This document shows, one piece after another, positions 20,366 to 31,117 of a stretch of DNA of 64,000 bases. The stretch is from Minisyncoccia bacterium (GTDB lineage Bacteria; Patescibacteriota; Minisyncoccia; Phycocordibacterales; UBA918), in assembly GCA_964229335.1 (NCBI GenBank), contig CAXRCZ010000007.1, positions 62,717 to 126,716 of the forward strand, given 5' to 3'. The translations under genes were made by a program, and so were the position numbers. Each line of letters begins with the position of its first letter. Position 1 is the stretch's first letter. The notes beneath the pieces were generated by a model that was given only the letters and a program-made list of their open reading frames with translations, was not told the DNA's origin and searched no databases.

Positions 20366-20600
20366 GGAGCAGACTCGGTCACGAGTTACTAAGTATATTT
20401 GTTCGTGATGCTCAAAATATTGCTTAGGGACATTGACTCGTCCTGGCGGTCACAAGGCTGAATTGAGTATCAAGATACTCAATTCAGCAAGTGCCGCGGG
20501 ACACGCCTCGCTCGTTTTCAGCTCCAGGTAATGAGCTGAAAACATCGTTCCGGCGTTCGAGTCTGCACGCAAGCAAAGCAGTTTGCTTGCTCCCTGAGCA
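20366..20600 (-). repeat. tRNA-Phe-type element(s), tandem/nested, displaced about 1.1 kb from the tRNA
   Basis: Inverted copy of Phe 3' end (20555-20566 and 20592-20600) split by a hairpin; core cgccggaac...agcgaggcg...gtgacc; direct copies at 20421-20440 and 20369-20377. Confidence 0.75.
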
Positions 20601-20643
20601 GTCAAAACCCCGCCAAGGGCGGGGTTTCTTTGTGCAGATGCAC

Positions 20644-20663
20644 GGGACAATTCTCGAACTTTT
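20644..20663 (-). repeat. att-like repeat 4
   Basis: AAAAGTTCGAGAATTGTCCC, 17/20 identical to the first 20 nt of repeats 2 and 3. Confidence 0.6.
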
Positions 20664-20835
20664 GATCTGAGAGTCCTTCACTCTATCAAGCAACTCGAAC
20701 CACTCCAAAACGCAAACGACGACTCTGTTGAGCCGCCGATTGCTGATGTCGCGTAAGAGCGACTCTCTCAGCGCGACCGTACATAAAAACCCTCGATGCA
20801 CGAATGCATCGAGGGTCTGCGGTAGCTAGCAATAG

Positions 20836-21330
20836 CTACTTGGGATTACGAACGAACATCCAAGAAACGTTGCTGTCCCACCTGCGGTCGGGGTGACCGT
20901 TACGAGCGTAGATCCAGCGCCCGAAGTCGTCGCATACCACGCGGAACACGTTACGATCGCCTCCCGAGTCCACGATGGTTTCCATTGCCACAAGCGACCA
21001 TTCGCCACGGGGCAACAGATCGTGGTCATGTAGCCAAAGCTGCGGGGCCGCTTCGGCAGGGCAGAGCGAGAGGTTGTGACTTTCGGCAGCAGCGTAAATC
21101 TGCGCTGTGGTCGCACCGTCTTCCAGTCCCAGCTCTTTGACCAACACCCGAACCAGGTCGAGCGGAGTTTCCGTATCCTCGAAGGTAGCCCGTTCGAGAA
21201 TATCGTCACCCCAGTCGCCGATCCTGATGCCAGCATCTTCGAGGCGTTTGCGAGCTTCTTGAGCGCTTCCGAGATTCCCGACCGTGACTGTTTTCCAGGT
21301 CGGGAAGGTCGATTGTGTTGCAGTCTTCAT
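20836..21330 (-). CDS. Hypothetical protein (GC-richer accessory gene)
   Basis: 164 aa, SD ggag, LSLCPAEAAPQL motif, downstream terminator hairpin. Confidence 0.8.
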   Translation of the reverse strand: MKTATQSTFPTWKTVTVGNLGSAQEARKRLEDAGIRIGDWGDDILERATFEDTETPLDLVRVLVKELGLEDGATTAQIYAAAESHNLSLCPAEAAPQLWLHDHDLLPRGEWSLVAMETIVDSGGDRNVFRVVCDDFGRWIYARNGHPDRRWDSNVSWMFVRNPK

Positions 21331-21467
21331 TGAACATCTCCCGAGCCAGCTTCCGCCAGCTCATTTTGAGTGGCGGGTGGTTAACCCAGGAAAAACCTAC
21401 CTGAATTCAATCACATATCGTGAATCTGTCAACTTGTGCCGTGACTCAGGAGAGCTATCTTATTCTG

Positions 21468-21617
21468 ATGACTCACGACGAATGGCTGGAAGAATACATC
21501 GATATTTGCGCCACAATCTTCATACGACTGCAGCGAGAAGGACGACTGGAAGAGGTTCTGTCGACATATGAGAAGACTCGAACTGAGAAAGTCTTAGAAA
21601 CCAACGATATTTCATGA
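21468..21617 (+). CDS. Small hypothetical protein
   Basis: 49 aa from MTHDEWLEEY. Confidence 0.5.
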   Translation: MTHDEWLEEYIDICATIFIRLQREGRLEEVLSTYEKTRTEKVLETNDIS

Positions 21618-21714
21618 CTTGAGAATCTGACTAAGATTTCTCGAAAGCTTGGAATACAAAAATACCGCTCAGGTGAGCGGTATTTTTGTGAGGCAGAAAA
21701 GCCGTCTCTTTTTG

Positions 21715-21788
21715 TGCTCAGGGGCAGACTCGAACTGCCGACACCTGGTTCTTCAGACCAGTGCTCTAACCAACTGAGCTACCTGAGC
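21715..21788 (-). tRNA. tRNA-Phe(GAA)
   Basis: gctcagg/cctgagc acceptor, ctggt-ctGAAga-accag, GTTCGAGTC; CCA not encoded. Confidence 0.95.
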
Positions 21789-21869
21789 ATTAGGTATTTA
21801 TTTTACTCCACAACTAAGGAGTGCTCGCTATTGTACCGATTTTTACAATTAATTCAATCTACTTATACG

Positions 21870-22148
21870 CTAAAACTCCAATTGATTGATATCAATACCG
21901 AATACCTCAAAAGTGTCCTGAAATGATTCGTAGTAAGGTGCTAAGAGATAGTAATACAGCAAGAAAGGTAATCCTAATACTATAGCTACCCATAGGATAC
22001 GTAACCAGAATCCCCACACCATACTCCGATGGATTTTGTTTAGTAACTGATTGTTTTTAGATAAGAGCTCTTTGTTCTCAGTTATCATTTCCTCCAATTC
22101 TTCAGTGTGCCGACACTCTACTTCGGGTATTTTATTTTTATCCGACAT
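21870..22148 (-). CDS. Small membrane protein
   Basis: Coiled N-terminus plus TM. Confidence 0.75.
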   Translation of the reverse strand: MSDKNKIPEVECRHTEELEEMITENKELLSKNNQLLNKIHRSMVWGFWLRILWVAIVLGLPFLLYYYLLAPYYESFQDTFEVFGIDINQLEF

Positions 22149-22213
22149 AGTTACCAGTATAGCAAAAGAGTAGTTGATTATAGTGACTTTGTGCTACTCT
22201 AGGAAAATTAATT

Positions 22214-22288
22214 GTCCTTATAGTTTAATGGATAAAACGGCTCCCTCCTAAGGAGCAAATCTAGGTTCGATTCCTAGTGAGGACACCA
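22214..22288 (+). tRNA. tRNA-Arg(CCT)
   Basis: gctcc-ctCCTaa-ggagc, GGTTCGATTCC, CCA. Confidence 0.95.
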
Positions 22289-22470
22289 ATCAGCCGCCCT
22301 GAACACGAACGCGTTCAGGGCGTTGCTGTTGGTAGTACACTACTAGGAATCGAAAGACGGAGCTGGTACACAAGACGAGCGTAGCGAGGGCTTGTCAGCG
22401 AGTCCGGGGAGGAAGTTCTTAACGAACGAAGTGAGTTTAGAAACTTGACCCCGATTCCTAGTAAGGATAC
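22289..22470 (+). repeat. tRNA-3'-associated element (Arg copy)
   Basis: Hairpin; inverted copy actaggaatcgaa (22342-22354); agacggagc...agcgagtccgggg...ttgacc; direct copy cgattcctagtaaggatac (22452-22470). Confidence 0.85.
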
Positions 22471-22473
22471 TGG

Positions 22474-22989
22474 TTATTTACTACCCGCTTTCACTTTGAG
22501 TTGCGTGGTGCGGTGCTTATCGAGTTTTGGTAGCTTTATTTCTAAGAGACCGTGTTTTTCTTGGGCGTCAGCTTCATCAATAGCCACTTCTTCAGGTAGG
22601 AGTAGGGTACGAGAAAAACTACCCCAAAATAATTCTCTGTGGAAATAACTATCGTCGTGAGCCTCTTGGAACTCTTCTCTTGAGCCACGGATAGTAACCA
22701 TATCGCGGGTGATTGAGATATCTAAGTCAGAAGGACTAACACCAGCTACTAGAGCTCGAATTACAATATCGTCGTCTGTTTGATACATATCTACCGGCAA
22801 CTCACCCTCACGCGGTTCGTTGCTTGAAACAGAGTCCTCCCATTCTTCATCAGCATCATCAGAAAAAGAGACATTTAAATCCATGTCGGCATCATCGTCG
22901 CCAAAGTGATGAGAATCATCCAAGACACGATCATAGTCGTCTGATTGGCTGCTGCCAGTTATTCTTTCTAAAAATGAGGGTTTTTTCAT
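22474..22989 (-). CDS. Hsp20/alpha-crystallin family protein
   Basis: LPVDMYQT, ELFWGSFSRTLLLP, HGLLEIKLPK. Confidence 0.93.
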   Translation of the reverse strand: MKKPSFLERITGSSQSDDYDRVLDDSHHFGDDDADMDLNVSFSDDADEEWEDSVSSNEPREGELPVDMYQTDDDIVIRALVAGVSPSDLDISITRDMVTIRGSREEFQEAHDDSYFHRELFWGSFSRTLLLPEEVAIDEADAQEKHGLLEIKLPKLDKHRTTQLKVKAGSK

Positions 22990-22995
22990 AGGTAC

Positions 22996-23691
22996 TTATC
23001 GTAATCGACGGGCTGGTCGTCGGATGCGTTTTATTTTTTCAAATAGGAAAAAGAGAAGTATTACTCCCATCCACACGACGAGAAAAACTCCTAAAATAGT
23101 TTCTCCGCTTGCATTCATTATAAAAAAGTTAAATAAGGCATGCAATACGATAGCAATGAATAACCCAACCATTCCAAACAACATCTGAGTCCATCGACTC
23201 TTGTAATATGCAAAAGCTAAGAATACACCTACAGTAGCTGAAGCTAGCACATGTAAGAGGGTAGCGCCGACAAATCGGAAGCTACCAGTAAGGGCAGAGT
23301 CAAGGTACGCACCGCTAATCAGCGGATTAAAGATGAACAAGGCGTTTTCAAGCGCTGCAAAGCCAAGTGCGATGGTTATCATGTAAATGACCATATCTAT
23401 TGGTTCATCCACTTCTTTGTTCCATAATATGACTATCAAAGCGGCGGCATATTTGAGAAGTTCTTCCAGTATGACCCAGACGAGCACCACTGTTTTTCCG
23501 TCATATATATCAATAGCGTATTTTTGCAAGGGTAGTGCAATTGGTACCACTAGCATTCCTGCCAAAAAACTTAGTGCTACCAATAAATATGGTTCCGGAT
23601 GCTCTTTATCTTCACGCAACCAAAACCATAGCCAGAAAAGAGCAGGGACAAGTCCAGCCAATAGCGCGATGGCAACGTACGAAGGATCCAT
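22996..23691 (-). CDS. PrsW-family intramembrane metalloprotease
   Basis: EELLK, GFAALEN, LH and LHALFN. Confidence 0.9.
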   Translation of the reverse strand: MDPSYVAIALLAGLVPALFWLWFWLREDKEHPEPYLLVALSFLAGMLVVPIALPLQKYAIDIYDGKTVVLVWVILEELLKYAAALIVILWNKEVDEPIDMVIYMITIALGFAALENALFIFNPLISGAYLDSALTGSFRFVGATLLHVLASATVGVFLAFAYYKSRWTQMLFGMVGLFIAIVLHALFNFFIMNASGETILGVFLVVWMGVILLFFLFEKIKRIRRPARRLR

Positions 23692-23755
23692 TGTTTGTTT
23701 ATTGTAACAAACAGCACGGCACCATTTGGACGCCGTGCTGTTTATATGGTTCTAC

Positions 23756-25969
23756 TTAGTTAGTCGGCCAGCTTTCTATCATCAGAAATTCTCTCTGCTT
23801 CATTTCTTCGGGTGCATTTTGCCAGATTGTCTCTGTGACATACGGCATAAATGGGTGGAGCATTTTGAGTGATTTGGTCAAACATTCTTTGAGTACCTCC
23901 TGACGAGCGCGTTTAGCTTCATTATCCTCGCCATTAAGTATCGGCTTTGATTCTTCAAGAATATTGTCAGCTAATTCGTGCCAGACATAGTGATAGGCTT
24001 TATCAGCTGCAAGGTATAAGTTGAATGACTCGATATCGTTGGCTACTTCATCAACCGTGTTTTGTAAGTCAGTAAGAATTTCATTATCACGTTCACTTAG
24101 GTTTGGAGATTGTGCCCAGTCGGTATCAGCAATTGAGGTCAGCACAAAGCGACTAATATTCCATACTTTATTAGCAAATTTCTTATAACCACGAACTTTG
24201 TCTTCATTAAGTGGCATGTCATTGCCTGGGGCAGCACCAATGATGAGTGATAGGCGAGTGGCGTCAGCGCCATATTTATCAATCATCTCAATTGGGTTAA
24301 TGATATTTCCGAGTGACTTGCTCATCTTTTGCCCTTTTTCGTCTCGGACTAATCCGTGCAAGTATACGTTCCTAAATGGTACTTCTCCTAATAGATACGT
24401 GCTCATCAATACCATTCTGGCAACCCAGAAGAAAATGATGTCGTAACCGGTCTCAAGTACAGTGGTGGGATGATAGCGTTTCAAATCTTCGGTTTGTTCT
24501 GGCCAGCCTAAGGTTGAGAAGGTCCATAATCCCGATGAAAACCACGTGTCTAGCGTATCTGGGTCTTGTGTCCAGCCCTCGCCGGGGGAAGATTTTGATA
24601 CCGTTTTCTCGTCACCCTTGTACCAAACGGGAATCCGGTGGCCATACCAGATTTGCCGTGAGATACACCAATCACGCAGATTGTGAATCCAGTGGAAATA
24701 GATTTTTTTGAATCTATCTGGAAAGATATCGATTCCGCCGTTCTCAACTGCAGCCAGCATGAGTTGTTTGAGTGATACCTGATCACCTTGGTTGATACCA
24801 GGAATACTCGATTCACCCATGGTGAACGTCTTGTTCACATCAATAAACCATTGTTCTTTGATTTGTGGTTCAATCACGCCACCTCCACGTTCATTGGTAG
24901 CAATGCTATGAACATACTGCTCATCAATTTTTTCAACTAGTCCTTTTTCTTGCATCTTCTCCACCAAGAGAGGGCGAGCTTTCTTAATATGCATGCCAGC
25001 AAAGTCTCCGGCAATATCTAACAAACAACCTCGCTCATCAATGATTGGTTCGTAGTCAAGACTATGCCGCTCAGCAATTTCAAAATCGACTAGAGAGTGC
25101 GCCGGGGTGATTGTCATCACACCTGAACCCATTTCAGGGTCTGCAGCCTCATCTTTTATGATAGTGGCGGTAATTGGTCCATTAATCCATTCCACTTCAA
25201 TTTCTTGTTTGTGTTTGTATTGTGAATAGCGTTTGTCATCCGGGTGCATCACCACGTATTTGTCGCCAAATTTGGTTTCTGGACGAACTGTACCGATAGT
25301 GAAAGGGCCATACTTGAAATAGTAGAACGGATCAGTTTGCTCCACGTACGCCACTTCATCATCTGACACTGTCGTGTGCATGGCCGGATCCCAATTAACT
25401 ATTCTGGCCCCGCGATAAATCAATCCATCGTTGTACATTCGGATAAAAGCCTCAGTAACTGCGTTGTATCGTTTTTCGTCTAGGGTGTAAGCGTAACGAC
25501 TCCAATCCATGCTGGCGCCCATGCGCTTGGTTTGGTCGATAATAGTTTCCTTACTCTCTTCGGCAAAAGCAGCAACTTGTTTTAGAAGTTCTTCGCGTCC
25601 AATTTCATCTCGACGCTTCTTTTCTTTTTTGTAGATAATGCTTTCAACCTTACTCTGCGTAGCCAGAGCTGCAGAGTCGGTGCCTGGTACCCAAAGAGTT
25701 GGTCGTCCTTGCATGCGGTTATATCGAACAAGAATATCTTCGATGGCAAGCATAGCCGCGTGCCCCATGTGAAGCGTCCCGGTTACATTTGGTGGGGGGA
25801 GAACAATAGAAAAAGGATCCTTTTTTTCATCAGACACAGTTTTCTCGATGCAGGTGTCAGGATTAAAATAGCCAGATGTTTCCCAAGCGTCATACAGCGC
25901 ACTTTCGTGTTCATCTGGATTGTAAGGAGATAAAAATATCTCCGGTATTTGAGGCTTGTTTTCACTCAT
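23756..25969 (-). CDS. valS: Valine--tRNA ligase
   Basis: PPPNVTGTLHMGH, DWCISRQIWYGH, KMSKS. Confidence 0.96.
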   Translation of the reverse strand: MSENKPQIPEIFLSPYNPDEHESALYDAWETSGYFNPDTCIEKTVSDEKKDPFSIVLPPPNVTGTLHMGHAAMLAIEDILVRYNRMQGRPTLWVPGTDSAALATQSKVESIIYKKEKKRRDEIGREELLKQVAAFAEESKETIIDQTKRMGASMDWSRYAYTLDEKRYNAVTEAFIRMYNDGLIYRGARIVNWDPAMHTTVSDDEVAYVEQTDPFYYFKYGPFTIGTVRPETKFGDKYVVMHPDDKRYSQYKHKQEIEVEWINGPITATIIKDEAADPEMGSGVMTITPAHSLVDFEIAERHSLDYEPIIDERGCLLDIAGDFAGMHIKKARPLLVEKMQEKGLVEKIDEQYVHSIATNERGGGVIEPQIKEQWFIDVNKTFTMGESSIPGINQGDQVSLKQLMLAAVENGGIDIFPDRFKKIYFHWIHNLRDWCISRQIWYGHRIPVWYKGDEKTVSKSSPGEGWTQDPDTLDTWFSSGLWTFSTLGWPEQTEDLKRYHPTTVLETGYDIIFFWVARMVLMSTYLLGEVPFRNVYLHGLVRDEKGQKMSKSLGNIINPIEMIDKYGADATRLSLIIGAAPGNDMPLNEDKVRGYKKFANKVWNISRFVLTSIADTDWAQSPNLSERDNEILTDLQNTVDEVANDIESFNLYLAADKAYHYVWHELADNILEESKPILNGEDNEAKRARQEVLKECLTKSLKMLHPFMPYVTETIWQNAPEEMKQREFLMIESWPTN

Positions 25970-26016
25970 ATATTAAGCGATGGTAGCATGAAAAGAAGCT
26001 AGATTGAAGTTATTCA

Positions 26017-27189
26017 TTACGCCAATGATTTATTTCCATCAGCGCGGATAACATCCGATGCGTCCGGTGCAATCGCACTGCCGGCTCTCGCGTGGCCAGC
26101 TAAAGCAATCATTATACTGTTATCAGTAGATAGGGAAGGCGCTGGAAAGTACACAGTGACATCGGGTAAATGCTCTAAGAAATATTTTTCAAATTCGTGC
26201 TTGATGTGTTGATTGGCACTCACTCCACCGCCAACAATCAGAGTTTTGGCTTGAGTTTGTTTACTTGCGGCAGCAGTTTTCTTTATGAGCACTTCTGTCA
26301 CCACATCTTCAAAATCTCTAGCGATTGCTTGTATGTCAGTCTCGCTCAATTCTTTCTCCTGCACTGCATAGCGCACGGCCGTCTTTAAGCCTGAAAACGA
26401 AAAATCCAAGTCACCAGACTGCAACATTGGCTTCGGTAAGTCAGCAAAAGCTGGTAAGTTGTTTACTCTGGCAACCTTGGCTTGTTTGCCAATTTCAGGT
26501 CCACCGGGATAGGGAAGTCCGAGTAAACGAGCGACTTTATCAAACGCTTCGCCAACCGCATCGTCTCTCGTTTGGCCAACTTTTTTGTAGCTTTGCCAAT
26601 CATCCATGGCTATGAGCTCGGTATGTCCACCAGAAATAAGCAGACTGATAGCAGGGAAGGTGATGTCTGAGAGCTGGTCATCACGATCGCTATCGTACAC
26701 ACTAGCTAATACGTGTCCTTCCATGTGATTGGTTGGAACTACCGGAATATTCCACAAGAGTGCCAGTGCGCGAGCAAAGTTCACTCCCACCCACAACGCA
26801 GGCTCCAAGCCAGGACCATTGGTGACAGCAATAATGTCTATTTCGACAAGTGAATGATTACGTGCAAATTCAAGTAGTGAATCAGCCAGTCCAGGCTCAC
26901 GCTCCAGAATCTTCCTCACCGCTTGTTCTTTAGTACTTTCTATGTCGATTGAATCGGTGTGTAGCTCATCAGCTTCTTCTAGGGTGTTTTTTAGAATTGG
27001 GACGATAGTGGCAACATGCTCTCGTTTAGCCAGACGAGGGAACACGCCACCGTATTCACGGTGAATATCCACCTGGCTCCATAAGCAATTTCCTAGTATT
27101 TCGTAGGTAGCGTGCGGAAACTCACCAGTTGCTTCTATCAAACTAATAGCAGTTTCGTCACATGATGTCTCAATCGAAAGGATTCGCAT
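26017..27189 (-). CDS. tsaD: t6A tRNA threonylcarbamoyltransferase TsaD
   Basis: IETSCDET, HMEGH, SGGHT, DDAVGEAFDK, FSFSGLK, TDN. Confidence 0.96.
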   Translation of the reverse strand: MRILSIETSCDETAISLIEATGEFPHATYEILGNCLWSQVDIHREYGGVFPRLAKREHVATIVPILKNTLEEADELHTDSIDIESTKEQAVRKILEREPGLADSLLEFARNHSLVEIDIIAVTNGPGLEPALWVGVNFARALALLWNIPVVPTNHMEGHVLASVYDSDRDDQLSDITFPAISLLISGGHTELIAMDDWQSYKKVGQTRDDAVGEAFDKVARLLGLPYPGGPEIGKQAKVARVNNLPAFADLPKPMLQSGDLDFSFSGLKTAVRYAVQEKELSETDIQAIARDFEDVVTEVLIKKTAAASKQTQAKTLIVGGGVSANQHIKHEFEKYFLEHLPDVTVYFPAPSLSTDNSIMIALAGHARAGSAIAPDASDVIRADGNKSLA

Positions 27190-27241
27190 TTTAGTACTAT
27201 ATATAATGCTTACTGGCTTGGCAAAACTATGGTATCGTCAA

Positions 27242-28129
27242 ATGCAAATGAAAACTGTAGTAACTCATAACGGAAGCTTCCACAGCGATGAAGTGTTTGC
27301 CATTGCAACACTCCAATTAGTGTACGGCAAAGAAGAGATAGAAATTATTCGCACCAGAGAAGAATCCATCATTACTAGTGCAGACATTGTAGTGGATGTA
27401 GGTGGAGTATATGATCCACAATCAAATAGGTTTGATCACCATCAAACAGATGGCCCAGTTCGACCTAACAGTATTCCTTATGCCGCTTTCGGTTTGGTAT
27501 GGAAAGAATATTCGCAACAATTGGTTGATGAGTCTATCGCCAGTCATATAGAAGAGACATTGGTGCAACCAATTGACGCTGGAGATAACGGTTTAGAGTT
27601 GTATAAAGTCAACGAAATTGGAGTAAAACCAACTGAGTTGTATGCAGTCGTGTCATCGTATCACCCAATCGGTATTGCAACAGACGTTGAATATTATGAA
27701 GCATTTCTACAAGCGGTTGATTTTGCTCGGTGTTATGTGGAAAGAATAATAAAGCATGGAGAACACATTGAAGAAGAAAAAAAGAAAGCTGAGGAATTGT
27801 ATATAGCCGCAACTGATAAAAGTATCATAGTCTCACCACAATCGATCAGCAGAGGATTATTTAATGAATACGAAGAGCCTTTAGTGGTGGTCTCACCTTC
27901 TCCTAATGATTCAACAAAATGGAGGGCTAGCACTGTACCTGTAAGAGGTGAATCATTTGAAACCAGGGTCAAATTTCCTTCTTCTTGGGCAGGTCTCAGC
28001 AATCAAGAATTAATTAATGTCAGTGGAATTGAAGGGGCCCAATTTTGTCATAAGGGTGGATTCTTGTTTGTGTGTGATTCAAAAGAAGGTGCAATTACAG
28101 CGGCTAAAATAGCTACTAAAAATATTTAA
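27242..28129 (+). CDS. MYG1 (UPF0160) family protein
   Basis: THNGSFHSDE, DVGG, FDHHQ, FCHKGGF. Confidence 0.92.
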   Translation: MQMKTVVTHNGSFHSDEVFAIATLQLVYGKEEIEIIRTREESIITSADIVVDVGGVYDPQSNRFDHHQTDGPVRPNSIPYAAFGLVWKEYSQQLVDESIASHIEETLVQPIDAGDNGLELYKVNEIGVKPTELYAVVSSYHPIGIATDVEYYEAFLQAVDFARCYVERIIKHGEHIEEEKKKAEELYIAATDKSIIVSPQSISRGLFNEYEEPLVVVSPSPNDSTKWRASTVPVRGESFETRVKFPSSWAGLSNQELINVSGIEGAQFCHKGGFLFVCDSKEGAITAAKIATKNI

Positions 28130-28136
28130 AATTTTG

Positions 28137-28209
28137 TGTCCGGTACAAGACTTGAACTTGTGACCTCTACAATGTCAATGTAGCGCTCTACCAGCTGAGC
28201 TAACCGGAC
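28137..28209 (-). tRNA. tRNA-Val(GAC)
   Basis: gtccggt/accggac, ctaca-ttGACat-tgtag. Confidence 0.95.
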
Positions 28210-28234
28210 AAATAGGTGGCTATTAGTATACTTA

Positions 28235-29137
28235 TTATCTGAACAAAGCCAAACCTTCTTCGATTGCCTCGTCAGCACGACGATTTTTTAAATATTCTGA
28301 TTGTTCAACCTTTCTTTCAGAGTCCAGTTTATCCGCGATACTCCTCACGAAATCTAATGAACGCTGAAGATGCTTTGCAGCAGCTGGATTTTTCTCGTTG
28401 GCATACTCGATGAAAGTAGTCAGCTGCTCTACAATTTCTAAAATTGTGACGTGCTTAGATATGTGGTCATGTAGAGCATCAGCGTCTTTCAGTCTGGTCA
28501 TGTCACGCAACATTGGCAAATCAACAGCCACTACTGCACGAGCCATACTGTGCAGCTCACCTCTAACACCCGTGTTTTCGGAAGAAAAGTATTTAACCAC
28601 TGCCAATCTATTGTCCTTGCCGTCGTAGGCATCTATCTCATCTTTAATTCGTCTAAATTTAGCAAGCACATCTTTTGAGAAGGTTACATCAACACCTAGT
28701 CCAAGGTGACCATATGAGTTTCCTTCTAGTGTTTCAAGAACGATATCAACGCCATTTTTGATATCGTCATACTCAGACGTCTTGTGTGCTCCCATACCTT
28801 CAAACCAGTGTCCGGCATTAATCCCTCGAATCACTTCATATTCTACTCGCTCAGCTAGTTTCCTGATGTCGCCGCGTGTTAAATCTTCTGTAACAGCTAC
28901 TCGATCACTGTCCCGGAAATCTTCATGACGGTTTCTTACATACCTAAGGTCATCTTTGATACTGTCGGCGCCATAGAGGTTAGAAAAATCTTCTGGTTGA
29001 AATGCTAATTCATTGAGTATCTGATGAACATGTTCCGAATTTCTCAATAGTTTATCGGCTGCTTCTTGTATATCATCAGTTCGCTTTCTTCTATCTAGAT
29101 TTCTTATAGCCGCTTGTTCTGGGTTCATATTTATCAA
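28235..29137 (-). CDS. Hypothetical protein
   Basis: 300 aa ORF; TSEYDDIKNGVDIV...LGVDVT motif. Confidence 0.8.
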   Translation of the reverse strand: MINMNPEQAAIRNLDRRKRTDDIQEAADKLLRNSEHVHQILNELAFQPEDFSNLYGADSIKDDLRYVRNRHEDFRDSDRVAVTEDLTRGDIRKLAERVEYEVIRGINAGHWFEGMGAHKTSEYDDIKNGVDIVLETLEGNSYGHLGLGVDVTFSKDVLAKFRRIKDEIDAYDGKDNRLAVVKYFSSENTGVRGELHSMARAVVAVDLPMLRDMTRLKDADALHDHISKHVTILEIVEQLTTFIEYANEKNPAAAKHLQRSLDFVRSIADKLDSERKVEQSEYLKNRRADEAIEEGLALFR

Positions 29138-29192
29138 GATACATCAATTAGCATCAAATGTCGTGTAATAATGTTAAAATCATCAAATTATT

Positions 29193-30971
29193 ATGGCTCA
29201 AATCAAGCAACAACGAGACATTCCAAAAACCCCACTAAGCTATGGCTTATACATCCTTAGGCCATTTCGATATATCGCCTTACTTTCGCTGGCCTGGGTT
29301 GTAATTGCTCAACTGTTGGGATTGGCTGTGCCATACACTTTAAAACTTATTGTAGACAATGCGCTTATAGCCGAAACTTCCGAGCAACAACAATTGGTAT
29401 TTTGGCTAGTCATGGCAGTGCCGGTTTTAATCGGATTTGAGTCAATGTTTTGGCGTTTGAGTGGATTCACCGGGATGCGTTGGATTACCAGGTTACAAGC
29501 CAGATCCTACCGAGTTTTATACCGCCATGTAGTGCAACATAGCCACACATATTTTGCCAATCGTTTTGCAGGTTCGGTTTCGAGTAAAGTCTCAAACGCC
29601 TCTGATGGGATTACTGATCTTTCAGACCAGATTCTTTGGCGTCATGTACCAACACTTCTTAGTTTTGTTTTTTCTGGTTTTTTGATTTTTACAACCCACG
29701 TGATAGCCGGGAGTGTCTTCACTGTTATGCTGTTGATTCTGGTACCACTGAATGTATATTTGGCTCGAATACGTAGACCTCACGTAGTCTCCTGGGCAGA
29801 GAAAAAGACTAAGCTCAAAGGTTATACCGTTGACCTATTAACTAATATTGCTGCCACACGACAATACACTCGCAGTACAAGTGAGCTAGAAGATGTGTCA
29901 GCTCATGCCGACGACGTAAGAAGTGCAGATTTGAAACAGTGGAGTATTAGTGAATGGATTCTTGTTGCTAATGGGGTTGTCATCACGGTTGGTATATTTC
30001 TCATGATGCTTGTTTTAGTATTGAACTGGCAAGCCGGTAATGTTACTACCGGAGATTTTGTCTTAGTTTCAGCTCTGGTTTTTAATCTTGTTGGTACCCT
30101 TACTTTTATCGGAGGCTCTATCAATCAATTTGTAAGATTATACGGAGAAATTCAAGAAGGTTTGGAGCAAACATTATTACCAATCGAAATAGAAGATGAT
30201 CCAAGAGCCCGGTCTCTTAAAATTGATAGGGCAGATATCTCATGGGACTATGTTTCGTTTGATTATGAAGGCGTGCCGGTCTTTAAAGATTTTAATCTTA
30301 AGATACCAGCGGGCCAGAGACTAGGTTTAGTGGGGCATTCGGGAGCTGGAAAGACGACTTTTGTTTCGCTCCTATTACGTCAGCACGATGTCAGCGCAGG
30401 TTCAATCAATATCGACAGTCATAACATAGCTATAGTGACTCAAGATTCACTCCGAGAGCATATTGCGGTAGTACCACAGGAGCCACTTCTGTTCCATCGC
30501 TCTATTAGAGACAACATTGCGTATGGCAAGCCTGGTGCTACTGAGGTAGAAATCATCGCAGTTGCGAAAAAAGCTCAAGCTCACAACTTCATTACTACTT
30601 TGCCGAATGGCTATGAGACATTGGTTGGGGAGAGAGGAGTGAAGCTTTCGGGTGGTCAAAAACAGCGTGTTGCCATTGCTAGAGCTATGTTAAAAGATGC
30701 ACCGATATTAGTTCTTGATGAAGCGACTTCAGCCCTCGATAGTGAAAGTGAAGTGGCAATTCAAAAGGCATTAGAAGAATTGATGGAAGGAAAAACTGTA
30801 ATTGCAGTAGCTCACCGACTTTCTACTTTGCGTAAAATGGATCGAATCATTGTGCTCGAAGAAGGGCAGATTGTTGAAGATGGTACGCATGAAGAACTCT
30901 CACAGCAGGGTGGTATCTACCAAAGACTCTGGGAGCATCAGGCCGGAGGATTTCTCACCGATGAAGAGTAG
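29193..30971 (+). CDS. ABC exporter, fused TMD plus NBD
   Basis: GHSGAGKT, LSGGQKQR, LVLDEATSALD. Confidence 0.95.
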   Translation: MAQIKQQRDIPKTPLSYGLYILRPFRYIALLSLAWVVIAQLLGLAVPYTLKLIVDNALIAETSEQQQLVFWLVMAVPVLIGFESMFWRLSGFTGMRWITRLQARSYRVLYRHVVQHSHTYFANRFAGSVSSKVSNASDGITDLSDQILWRHVPTLLSFVFSGFLIFTTHVIAGSVFTVMLLILVPLNVYLARIRRPHVVSWAEKKTKLKGYTVDLLTNIAATRQYTRSTSELEDVSAHADDVRSADLKQWSISEWILVANGVVITVGIFLMMLVLVLNWQAGNVTTGDFVLVSALVFNLVGTLTFIGGSINQFVRLYGEIQEGLEQTLLPIEIEDDPRARSLKIDRADISWDYVSFDYEGVPVFKDFNLKIPAGQRLGLVGHSGAGKTTFVSLLLRQHDVSAGSINIDSHNIAIVTQDSLREHIAVVPQEPLLFHRSIRDNIAYGKPGATEVEIIAVAKKAQAHNFITTLPNGYETLVGERGVKLSGGQKQRVAIARAMLKDAPILVLDEATSALDSESEVAIQKALEELMEGKTVIAVAHRLSTLRKMDRIIVLEEGQIVEDGTHEELSQQGGIYQRLWEHQAGGFLTDEE

Positions 30972-31117
30972 TTAGAGAGGCGACCAATTGGTCGCCTCTA
31001 TCTGTACAGCCTTAAATTTAGGTGTTATTGTAGCGCCTTCACCGGATGTGAATGAAGAAGTATCCGGACGGATGCCTGTTCTTTCACATTCACACACTAT
31101 CTACAAAGGAGGCTTAA

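Noticed and set aside
20484-20801. 105-aa minus ORF as an integrase remnant
   Set aside because: It runs through hairpins and the repeat element, and no recombinase motifs were recognised.
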